Shown piece by piece: positions 22,099-33,746 of a DNA stretch of 64,000 bases. A program made the position numbers and the translations under genes. Source of the DNA: Somniosus microcephalus (Eukaryota). The DNA is taken from contig CM126202.1 of NCBI GenBank assembly GCA_052327205.1, positions 444,168,001 through 444,232,000 on the forward strand, in the 5' to 3' direction. How positions within the stretch are numbered: the first letter of the stretch is position 1; each line of letters opens with the position of its first letter. The notes below the pieces were generated by a model. That model had not been told where the DNA came from, did no database searches, and saw only the letters and a program-made list of their open reading frames with translations.

Positions 22099-25000
22099 TG
22101 TTAGATCCGTGTGTTAATGGAGACACGGAATGCAGGAGTTGATTTAACAAGTGTTTACTGAACAAAGTCTGGAGGTGAACTAACAACACAAGACGCTACA
22201 CAGGCTTATATACCCGAGTGGTCACTACTGGTACTACAGTATACAGGGGCTTCAAAAACATAGTTCCTCTTAAAGGTACATACACTACAATTCCTCCCCT
22301 TTTAGATAAATAGTACATAACATTTTAAGTAATCATTAAATAACATTTTTACAAGAACAATAATATACACATTTGCTGAAGTTAATCAATTACAAATTCA
22401 GTCTCTCTGGAGGTTTCCTGACTCGGTCCAGATAACGCCTCGGTGGTGTAGTAGGTTCTTTTGGCAAGGTCGATTCGGCTTCAATGCCAGTGTCGGGTTC
22501 ATCTGGTTCCAGTATCACCGGATCGGAGGTAGATACTATGGGTATCTCTGCTTCATCACTAGGCATATAGAGTTGTGGTGTAGGTTGTCCTTTTTCGGAT
22601 GACTCTATGATCTGGTCAGCATGGCGCCTTATTATGCTTTCTCCAATGTCCATGGTATACATCAGTGGTCCTAGTCGTGTGCAAATAGTTCCAGGCTGCC
22701 ATTTCTCGGTACGGTAGTCCCGGGCCAAAACTGGTTGACCTATCTGGAAGGTTCTAGTTGGCCTTTCATTCATGCTTTGAAATTGCCGGTTCTCTACGTC
22801 CCTTCTGACATTTGGCTTGACCAAATCCAGCCGGCATCTTAGTCTTCTATTGAAAAACATCATGGCGGGGGTTTGGTTTGTAACCACGTGTTGCATTCCT
22901 GTACGTAAACAAGAAGTTATCTACCTTACGTTGTAGATTTATGTCTTCATTACCCATGGCCTTTATGGCCTTCTTGAAGGTCTGGACAAACCTTTCAGCC
23001 AATCCATTGGTGGCGGGATGGTATGGGGCGGACGTGTAGTGCTTAACCCCATTGTTTTTTAAGAACTTCCTGAATTCTTCGGATACAAATTGCGGTCCAT
23101 TATCAGAACAGATCTGTTCAGGCAGCCCATTCCTGGCGAATATGGTCCTTAATACTGTGATGGTTTTTTCCGTGGTGGTGAAGGACATCTTTATTACCTC
23201 CGGCCACTTGGAGTGTGCATCCACCGCGATTAAGAACATTGAGTCCATAAATGGACCAGCAAAGTCGATATGTACCCTTTGCCATGGAGATGAGGGCCAC
23301 TCCCATGGATGTAGAGGGGCTTGTGGTGGGGCGTTTTGGACCTTCTGGCATCCTAGACAGCTCTTGGTCATTTCTTCGATGTCTCCATCGATACCTGGCC
23401 ACCACACAAACGCTCCGGCTAAGTTCTTCATTTTCACTCCACCCAGATGCCCCTCGTGAAGCTCCTTTAGCACTCTATCCTTGAGTTTGGGTGGAATCAC
23501 CACTCTGGATCCACACATCAAGGTTCCTCGGCACACTGACAGCTGTTCTCTTCTTTGCGAGAATGCTGGCAACAGTGGTTCGCCATGTGCTGGCCATCCC
23601 TTCACCATTAAATCGTAGACTCATGAGAGAGTCGGGTCATTTCGCGTTTCCTTTTCAATGGTAGAACTTGTCATCGGTAGACATTCCACTATGGTCGAGT
23701 GGAACATCTCCACTGGGTCCACTGTAGGCGCCTCTTCCACCGTTGGCAACGGTAGGCGCGATAACCCGTCAGCATTCCCATGCTGTTTTGTTCCTTTGTA
23801 CTCTATGTCATATTGGTGTGCCCCTAGGAAAAGGGACCACCTCTGCAGCCTTTGCGCTGTCATAATGGGAACGCCCTTTTTAGGGTTGAATATGGAGACG
23901 AGGGGTTCATTGTCAGTCAACAAGGTAAATTTTTGTCCGTGTAGGTAATGGTTGAATTTCTTCACCCCCCACACCAGGCTGAGTGCCTCCCTGTCGATCT
24001 GGGCATAGTTACGCTCAGCTGAGTTCAATGAGCGTGACGCAAAAGCTATCGGCCGCTCCGAGCCATCAGGGAATCTATGCGATAATACGGCTCCCACGCT
24101 GTAAGGGGATGCATCGCACGCCAGTCTGATTGGCAGTGATGGGTTGTAATGAGCCAACACTTCCCTGGACGTGATCAAGCCTTTGCATTTATGGAAGGCA
24201 CGTTTACAGTCTTCGCTCCATTTCCAAACTACTCCCGTTTGTAGCAGTGCGTTAAGCAGGTGCAGAACCGTCGACAAGTTTGGTAAAGATTTATGATAGT
24301 AATTTACTAATCCCAGGAATGACCTTAATTGTGAGACATTTTCAGGCGCTGGGGCCTTTACGACCGCTTCAATTTTTTCAGGTGACTTATGCAACCCTTC
24401 TTCGTTAATGACATGGCCACAATATGATATTTGTTTCTGGAAAAATTCGCACTTGGGGCGATTTGCTCGTAGGCCCCGTTCTCTTGGCCTCGTGAGCACC
24501 TGCTCCAAGTTGGCAAGGTGCTCATTGTCGTTTTCTCCTGTTACAAGGATGTCGTCTAGGTAGCATTGAGTCCCTGGAATCCCTTGCAGGACTTGCTCCA
24601 TCGCTCTTTGCCAGATAGCCGGAGCTGATGCCACTCCGAAAACCAGTCGATTGTACTGGTACAGGCCTTTGTGTGTGTTTATCGTGAGATACTTTTTAGA
24701 GGCCTCCTCAACCTCCATCTGTAGATATGCCTGTGCTAAGTCAATTTTGGTGAAACGTTTCCCTCCGGATAGTGAGGCGAAAATATCTTCTATCCTCGGA
24801 AGAGGATACTGTACCATGTGAAGAACCAGGTTTACAGTCACCTTGAAGTCCCCACAGATGCGAACTTTTCTCTGTTCTTCAGATTTATCATTATTCAACA
24901 TTTTCTTCATGTCCGGGACGATGGGTGTTGCCCACTCGCTCCAATCTACCTTGGATAACACGCCTGCTTTTTCCAAATTCTCCAGCTCTGCCTCGACAGC

Positions 25001-27172
25001 TGGACGAATTGCGTATAGCACCGGCCTTGCCTTAAAAAACTTGGGAATTGCTGCATCTTCCACTTTTATTGAGGCGGTGGCGCCTTTCAGGGTTCCTAGT
25101 TCCTGTTGAAACACTTCTTTGGCGTTAGCCAAGATTTCTTTTAATCGTCCAGGTATGACGTCATCATCGTTTTTTTTCTTACTGGTCACCGTCAGTGCCT
25201 GAATGGAGTGCCAGTCTAAACGTATCTTTCTGATCCATTCACGTCCCAACAACGGTGGACCACCATCTTGCAGAACGTATAAATACAACTTCTGTATTTC
25301 CTTGCCGTTGTATACAACAGGCACCCTTATTTTCCCTCTGGGGTATACTTTCTGCCCTGTATATGTCTTCAAGACAATGGATGTGTCTTTCAAAGGTATA
25401 TGCGGAAATAGCCGCTCGTAATCCCGTCGACTCATGACGGTCAGAGCTGATCCTGTATCTAGCTCCATTTTGACTGGGGACCCCACTATCGTGAGGGTAA
25501 CCCAAATGGTCTGGTAGTCTTCTTTGGCAATTACATTATGTAATTTGAGACAGCTTAGTCTCTTGTTTCCGGAGTCGCTATCGCTCTTCTGGTCTTCGGA
25601 GCTATTGTCCGTCATCATTTGTACCTTTCTGTACTTTTCCTTATTGACCTTTTTACTGTCAGCGGATTTCTTTCCAGATCTGCATACATGTGCAATGTGT
25701 CCCATCTTTCCGCATTGCCTGCATGCTTTGTCCTTGAACCAGCAGTCCTTCTGGTCATGGGTGGATCTGCTGCAGCGATAACATCTCTCGAAACCCCGTG
25801 TCATTTCATGGGTGCCGAAGTCCTGTGGCTTTTGCTGTATCTCTGCAGCTCCTCTTGCTGCTGCTTCGTATGATACAGCCACACTGAAAGCCTTGTCCAG
25901 TGTTAAATCTTTCTCAGAAAGTAGTCTTTTCTGTGTTCCTTCACTTAGGAGACCGCAGACGAATTTGTCTCGTAGAGAATCTGCCGGTCCTGCCCCGAAT
26001 TGGCAGTGCTTTGACAGCTTTCGTAATTCGGTGAGGTAATCAGCGTTACTTTCATTCTTGTGCTAATTCCTCCTGAAGAATTTGAATCGTTCCGCTATCA
26101 GCAGCGGTGTTGGGTTTAAGTGCTCCTGTAAGGTATCAACAATCTCATTAAAATTCTTGTCCATCGGTTTGGCTGGAGTGATCAAGTTTTGTAACAGCCC
26201 GTATGTCCTTGCGCCCATCAGATTTAGAAGTACCGATGCCTTTTTATCATCCGCTACTTCATTCGCCTTGCAATATACCTCCACTCTTTCCACATATGTG
26301 GTCCAATCTTCTATATCACTATCAAAAGCAGTAATATTGCCAGTCTTTGGCATCTTGAAAATCTAAAATGGCGCTTCCCGCGCTTTTCCTCCGTCCCCAA
26401 TGGATCAAAATGGTGCCTCCCGCGCTTTTCTTTCTTCCCCGCCGAGTTAAGACGGCACCTCCCGCGTTTCCCGCCGCTGCCGCTGCTGCCAACGCTGTTC
26501 TCCGTGGTTCCCGTTGCGACCTGCAGCTTTTCGCGGTATTTCTATTTTTTTTTATATATCGCTTCAATAGTTTCTCCGTTACTTGGAGAACCGTTCCCGT
26601 CATGGAGCGGACCCGCTGGGACTTTCCCCCCCCTCTGCTCGGTCCGAACGCTGACCTGCTTTGCAGCACCGGCCGCGCCCTGAGTGCTCCACCCTCTCTC
26701 TTTGCTTCCGCTTCCCGACTCGCTGCCCGGCCGCGTTGCAGAGCCACCCGATCGAGCTCTAGCCCGCCGCAGCCCAGGAAGGATCAGTGCACTACCTGCC
26801 ACCAGCCCGTTTAGCTGGGGAAACCACAGACTGGAGACCAAGCCTGGCCCTCGTTTTCGAGTTTCTTCGAGTTATTTATTTAATTTTTTTTCTTGCTTCT
26901 GGCTTCGACCTTCGTCTGAGGAATCGATCCCCTTGAGGTGCTGCCGAATTGCAGGTAAGTTCGTTTCTAACTCGTCGCCACTGTTAGATCCGTGTGTTAA
27001 TGGAGACACGGAATGCAGGAGTTGATTTAACAAGTGTTTACTGAACAAAGTCTGGAGGTGAACTAACAACACAAGACGCTACACAGGCTTATATACCCGA
27101 GTGGTCACTACTGGTACTACAGTATACAGGGGCTTCAAAAACATAGTTCCTCTTAAAGGTACATACACTACA
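22099..27172 (-). mobile_element. Full-length Ty3/Gypsy (Mag-like) LTR retrotransposon, copy B
   Basis: 191-bp LTRs at 26982-27172 and 22099-22289, identical by eye; perfect TSD CTAGG (22094-22098, 27173-27177); PBS TGGCGACGAG (26971-26980); polypurine tract AAAAGGGGAGGAA. Confidence 0.97.
22390..26353 (-). pseudogene. gag-pol of Gypsy copy B (two stops, one frameshift)
   Basis: Collinear with and highly similar to the copy A protein; TAG at 26063-26065, TGA at 23621-23623, frameshift near 22890. Confidence 0.95.
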
Positions 27173-27479
27173 CTAGGCCCCTTATAATTTTATACACCTC
27201 AATTAAGTCTCCCCTCAGCCTCCTCTGTTCCAAAGAAAACAACCCCAGCCAAACCAATCTATCCTCATAGCTAAAAGTCTCCAGTCCTGGCAACATCCTC
27301 GTAAATCTCCTCTGTACCCTCTCCAGTGCAATCACATCCTTCCTGTAATGTGGTGACCAGAACTGTACGATAATTTTTATCAATACTATTAATGTGTATG
27401 TTTTCTAGGAACTATTGTCATATGGAACGAAAAATGCAAATTGGGCAATTTTGGTTTTACTTATGAACATCTGAATTTG

Positions 27480-27722
27480 AGAGGTCATAGATTTGGCAAA
27501 AGAACTAGATGAGAAATGAGGAGAAATTCCTTCACACAGAGGGTTGTTATGATCTGGAACGCACTACCTGAAGGGGTGGTGGAATCAGATTCCATAGGGA
27601 CTTTCAAAAGGCAATCGGACATGTACTTGAAGAGGAATAATTTGCAGGGTCATGGGGAAAAAGCTGGGGGGTGGGACTAAATTGGAGAGCTCTTTCAAAG
27701 AGCCGGCACAGGCATGGCGGGC
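27480..27722 (+). mobile_element. CR1 3' fragment
   Basis: AGAGGTCATAGATTT...TTCACACAGAGGGTTGTTATGATCTGGAACGCACTACC...AAAGAGCCGGCACAGGC. Confidence 0.7.
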
Positions 27723-28700
27723 CGTACACGAGCCGACACTGAAACACACACACGGACTGTACAGGAGCTGACACGAAGAGACACACACGGGCCATACAGG
27801 AGCTGACACTGAGACACACACACGGGCCGTACAGGAGCTGACACTGAGACACACACACGGGCCGTACAGGAGCTGACACTGAGACACACACACGGGCCGT
27901 ACACGAGCCGACACCGAGACACACGCACAGGCCGTACAGGAGTTGACACTGAGACACACACACAGGCCGTACAGGAGCTGTCACTGAGACACACACACGG
28001 GCCATACAGGAGCTGACACTGAGACACACACACGGGCCGTACAGGAGCTGACACTGAGACACACATACGGGCCGTACACGAGCCGACACCGAGACACACA
28101 CACAGGCCGTACAGGAGCTGACACTGAGACACACACACGGACCGTACAGGAGCTGACACTGAGACACACACACGGGCCATACACGAGCCGACACTGAGAC
28201 ACACACATGGGCTGTACACGAGCTGACACTGAGACACACACACAGGCTGTACAGGAGCTGACACTGAGACACACACACAGGCCGTACAGGAGCTGACACT
28301 GAGACACACACACGGGCCGTACACGAGCCGACACTGAGACACACACACGGGCCATACAGGAGCTGACACACACGGGCTGTACAGGAGCTGACACTGAGAC
28401 ACACACACGGGCCGTACAGGAGCTGACACTGAGACACACACATGGGCTGTACACGAACCGACACTGAGACACACACACAGGCCGTACAGGAGCTGACACT
28501 GAGACACACACACAGGCCGTACACGAGCTGACACTGAGACACACACATGGGCTGTACACGAGCTGACACTGAGACACACACACGGGCTGTACACGAACCG
28601 ACACTGAGACACACACACAGGCCGTACACGAGCTGACACTGAGACACACACATGGGCTGTACACGAACCGACACTGAGACACACACACGGGCCATACAGG
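27721..28700. repeat. 35-bp minisatellite, about 28 units
   Basis: Unit GCCGTACAGGAGCTGACACTGAGACACACACACGG (starts at 27791, 27826, 27861...), with a small set of recurrent variants. Confidence 0.95.
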
Positions 28701-29190
28701 AATGAGTAGACTAGGTCTATATTCTCTAGAGTTTAGAAGAATGAGAGGTGATCTCATTGAAACATACAAAATTCTTACAGGGCTTGACAGGGTAGATGCA
28801 GGGAGGATGTTTCCCCTGGCTGGGGAGTCTAGAACCAGGGGTCACAATCTCAGAATAAGGAGTCGACCATTTAGGACTGAGGTGAGGAGAGATTTCTTCA
28901 CTCAGAGGGTGGTGAATCTTTGGAATTCTCTGCCCCAGAGGGCTGTGGATGCTCAGTCGTTGAGTATATTCAAGACAGAGATCGATAGATTTTTGGATAT
29001 TAAGGGAATCAAGGGATATGGGGATAGTGCAGGAAAGTGGAGATGAGGAAGAAGATCAGCCATGATCTTATTGAATGGCGGAGCAGGCTCGAGGGGCCGA
29101 ATGGCCGACTCCTGATCCTATTTCTTATGTTCTTATGTGATGGGCCAAATGGCCTCCTTCTGTGCTGTAAAATTCTGTGTTTCTATGATT
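28701..29190 (+). mobile_element. CR1 3' fragment
   Basis: ORF 28702..29046 RLGLYSLEFRRMRGDLIETYKIL...; 3' UTR and TTCTTATG tail. Confidence 0.92.
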
Positions 29191-29756
29191 CATTTTGGCA
29201 CAGCACACATTCAGATACACTCAATAGTTTTCAATTATTTTTAACAATGAAATTTTATCCAAAACACATATTAGATTAAATATCTTTTGCAGAGTCAAAC
29301 ATCAGAACATGCATGCACATCGCTTGTTAAGACCATTTGCAATATGTGAACCAGCACAGCCAATTCCTGTTCTCTGAGAAATGGACTTGTAATAATAGCT
29401 TTCACAAAATATAAAATGGGACTGTAATAATGTAATAATTATGTGCACTAGCCATTTCCTTATTTGTTCTTCCCGAATATTCTCCATTCATTTTCCCTTT
29501 CTAGCTCTTGTCTCCTTGTACCATCGCACATCGTTGCATGTTTTTTGTTTTGTTGAGCTTTCTCACCTCAATCTCTACAACAGCTGTATTATGAGGTGGG
29601 CCCAGCTGTTGTTTAATTCTGTTTGCTGACATTTATTTTAAAGATTGCCTTGCTGTCTATCTTCCACTACTTTTGCACAAAGCCTAGTTTCCTGTGCAGT
29701 TTCCCAGTGGGGTGCCGGGGGAAATAAAAATATTTGTGCACCCATGAAAGATACCT

Positions 29757-30048
29757 GTGGCCTCTTGCGCATCCCTGATTTCCATCGCTCCACCATTGGC
29801 GGCCGTGCCTTCAGCTGTCAAGGCCCTAAGCACTGGAATTCCCTCCCTAAACCTTTCTGTCTCTCCGCCTCTCTCTCCTCCTTTAAGACACTCCTTAAAA
29901 CCTATCTCTTTCACCAAGCTTTTGGTCACCTGTCCTAATATCTCCTTATGTGGCTCGGTGTCAAGTGTTGTTTGATAACATTCTTGTGAAGCGCCTTGGG
30001 ATGTTTTACTACGTTAAAGGTGCTATATAAATGCAATTGTTGTTGTTG
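29757..30048 (+). mobile_element. L2 LINE 3' fragment
   Basis: RSTIGGRAFS...WNSLP...SSFKTLLKTYLF; tail GCTATATAAATGCAA(TTG)n. Confidence 0.85.
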
Positions 30049-30910
30049 TCAGGGTCATATACCAATGATGGGCCCCCAAGAACACAACACCTCAGGACGA
30101 AGAGGAATATCCATCCTGAATGGCTTGGCTAGGAAAGTGACAATCTGTTTGCCCTATTTCCTTACCTAAGGTATCGTACAAAAAGTTGGACTAATAGTGC
30201 CAATGTATTCCATGTCTCACTCCCACACAGGTGAGCTTTCTATATTCATTGGCATCTGGTGTTGCCTGTAGCACTAGAAATACCTAATATCCATGTGACC
30301 ATCTCTTTAAATCTAAATCACCCCCACATCTATTGCTTACATCCACTTACATTACATCTTACTTTTTCAACCTGATACAGCACTGAGCTGCAAAATAAAT
30401 GCCGATTGTATTGTTCCCAAATAGTGATCGATTCAGGTAGCTTGGACAATGTAGAAAAAGTCAAAGGGAATCCAGCAAGATTGGATAAGGTTAAATATTC
30501 AGCTCCTTTGATACTTGGAAATTCTTAAAAACAAAAGTTTGGAAGAGCAACAAAAGAAATCTTTAACGTAGAAAAACATCTCTGGTGCTTCATGGAAACA
30601 TGTGGAAAATGGATGCCCTGCCACAGGAGGAGAAATTAGGAAGGGTGACCAAAAGCTTCATCAGAGAGGTGGGTTTTACAGAGGGTCCTATAGGAGAAGA
30701 GAGGTTCCAAGCGGGCCCAGGGACCGTGTAGCCTGATCCTGCTCCTATTTCGTGTGTCTAATTCTGTTAGATTCAGGAGATGGTTCTGTGATAGTAGATT
30801 GGCAGTTAGGATCAGATCAGCCATGATCTTATTGAATGGCGGAGCAGGCTCGAGGGGCCGATTGGCCTACTCCTGCTCCTATTTCTTATGTTCTTATGTT
30901 CTTATGTTCT

Positions 30911-31140
30911 TGCCCTCCAAGTCACGCACCATCCTGACTTGGAAGTATGTCGGCCGATCCTTCATCGTCGCTGGGTCAAAATCCTGGAACTCCCTCCCTA
31001 ACAGCACTGTGGGAGCACTTTCACCACACAGACTGCAGCGGTTCAAGAAGGCGGCTCACCACCACCTTCTCAAGTGACGGGCAATAAATGCTGGGCCTTG
31101 CCGGTGACGCCCACATCCCAGGAACAAATTTTTTAAAAAG
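30911..31140 (+). mobile_element. LINE 3' fragment (CR1/L2 group), probable partner of the third SINE family
   Basis: SFIVAGSKSWNSLP...RFKKAAHHHLLK; tail shared with 18765-18850. Preceded by a CR1 3' UTR at 30810-30910. Confidence 0.65.
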
Positions 31141-32127
31141 GCAGAGAGGCGAAGAGATTTAGGACAGGAGTTCCAAAGAGTGTTCTCCCAATCTCCTGAC
31201 ATACCTTTGATGGATTGTGACAGGAACCCAAGAAATTATGTAAACAGTCCTTGCTCTGGAGTTTCTCTGCTGAGATTATAGTGGATGATTGTGGATCCCC
31301 TACAGGAATCCTACCTGTATATTTTTTAAATATATTTTCAATGGAATTTTGATAGCTGTCTGGCTTGGGGCCAGTTTAAGAAACGAAAGATCTTGCATTT
31401 ATGTAGCACCTTATGTCATCCTCAAGATATCCCACAGCACATCATAACCAATTTAATTACTTTTGAAATAATTCACTGCTAATTTTTAAAGTGTTATTTT
31501 GTAAGTAAACGCAGTAGCTAATTTTCACACGTCAAAGTCTAACAAACATATAAAGGGACATAGACTGGAATTTTCTGGGGTCCGTGCGAATGTGATTGGA
31601 GGCAGGTCGGGTGGGAAATTTGAAATAGCTTGCAGCGTGTCGGGAACCCGCTGTCATCCCGCCCCCATGCGCCTTTCCCTCGGGCGCGTTTGCCGGTGCG
31701 GCAGCGACCCGACCAGCAGAGGCGGGCGACCTAATTCAAATCATTAACAGGTGGTTGTCAGACCCTTAAGCGCCTTTTTCAGCCAACCTTTTGAATTTCC
31801 CTGGCTGCCCACGGGAATCACGCAGCTCGGGAACCACGTCTGTCAGCCTGAGGCGGGAGTTGATTGGCCATTGCTCCAGCTGATTAGATGACAGCATGAA
31901 ATGTACTATAAAAGCTCCCACCTCACAGCTAATCACTTTCCTCAGGCAGAAGCTGTTGCTGACTGCATTCCCAGCACACATTTAGCTTTCTACAGGCTGC
32001 AAGTGTTTCCAGAAGTCACCATCCAGTCTCACCTCATTAGTACAACCTATCAGACCATTGACAGCTTGCTCCTTTGATCTCTACTAGACCTGCCATCTAT
32101 TCCATAAGCCTGGGTGCTGTTTATACT

Positions 32128-33331
32128 ATGTCACCTTGGTCCTCAGAATCGGACCACGATGAGCCCCAATACCAGCAGCACCAACAACAACACCACCAAC
32201 CTTCTCCTCAACCACCTGATGCTGCACAGGACAGAGGGCATCAGCGCAGGGCTGCACCGTGCCAGAGACGATACCCACAACACAGGGTATACAGGCAGAG
32301 GATGAGCTTCCTCAACATGACGGAGCAGCAATGCCAAAGCAGGCACAGGTTATCATGCCAGGTCATCGCAGACGTTTGCACATTGCTGGAGACCTGCAGC
32401 CCAGAGGATCAGGTGAACACGCTTTACCAGTGGCTGTCAAAGTCACCAGCGCCCTCAACCTCTTCGCCTCAGGCTCGTTCCAGGGATCTGCAGCAGACAT
32501 TTGCGGAAGCTCACAGTCGGCTGCCCACAGATGCATCACACAGGTCACCGATGCCCTCTTTGACACGTCAACCAATTATATCAACTTTGCCACTGATGAG
32601 GCTAGTGTTACTGAGCAGGCGCAGGACTTTGATACTCTGGCTGGCTTGCCACAGGAGCAGGGCATCATCAACTGCACACATGTGGCCATCAGGGCACCCC
32701 ATCATCACCCAGGTGTGCTTGTCAACTGCAAGGGCTTCCACACCCTCAATGTGCAGCTCGTCTCCAAACATAAGAAGAGCATCATGCATGTGTGTGCCAA
32801 ATTCCCTGGCAGCTGCCATGACTCTTTTGTCCTTCGCCAGACCACCCTCCCTCAGCTCTTTGCTCCTCCAAACAGACTTTCCAGCTGGCTGCTTTGAGAC
32901 AAGGGCTATCCACTTAAGATATGGCTCATGACACCCTTGAGGAGGCCAAGGAGAGGTATAATGAAAGTCACATTTCCACCAGATGTGTCACAGAGCAGAC
33001 AATAGGCATGCTCAAAATGTGCTTCAGATGCCTTGACAGATCTGGAGGAGCCCTTCAGTACACACCAGCCAGGGTCTCCAGAATCGTCATGGTCTGCTGC
33101 GCCCTGCACAACATAGCACAACAGCGAGGATTAGCGCTGCATGACGAGCAAGGCACTGAGCGCACAGCCTCTTCAGAGGAGGAGGAGCAGGAGGAGGAGG
33201 AGGAGGAGCATCAGCTGGAAGATGAGGAGGAGCAGGAGCTGGAGGAACCAGCAGGCCAGATCCCACCACCACCTGAGCACATTGCTGCCCGGGAGGCCAG
33301 GGATGGCCTCATCATGGCCAGATTTATTTAA
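32128..33331 (+). pseudogene. Harbinger DDE transposase (HARBI1-like family), frameshifted
   Basis: [16 protein letters not shown] / [20 protein letters not shown] / GIINCTHV (catalytic D replaced by N) / [13 protein letters not shown] / FPGSCHDSF / LL*DKGYPL / YNESH..TR..EQTIGMLK / CCALHN, spread over several frames. Confidence 0.92.
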
Positions 33332-33746
33332 CTTTATGCAGTACACCCATATGGCTGCCACATGCTGTGCCAGGTTGGCACCACCCCACAACATCACCAT
33401 AAAGCATCCCTACAATGACCAAGCCATTTCTTTCACATTGACCACCATTGCTGGAAGTAACGTTACGTCTCACCATTCACTGCAACTCACTAATCACTTC
33501 CAAAGGTGCACACACATTCGTCCAAGATGGGAAAGTGGTGAAAATAAAGAATTTATGGTTGGCAATACATTAACAGAAACTTAACATTAACATTGAATAA
33601 AACACCCAAGTGGCTATCCTTGTGAATCTACTTGTGTGTCATCATTCTCTTCTGCGTGCTTCTATGAGGTGCTACCCCTGTGGCTTCAGCAGAGGTAGAG
33701 ACAGCCTGCTCAATTGCCTGCTGCGATGCTTAGATACTTTTGGCGG

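Noticed and set aside
27721-28700. CRISPR-like regular repeat array
   Set aside because: Units are contiguous with no unique spacers, there are no cas genes, and the context is vertebrate.
27585-28769. Long Cys/Val/Ser-rich ORFs (up to 363 aa)
   Set aside because: Translation of a 35-bp minisatellite; open in all three - strand frames with the same cycling peptide.
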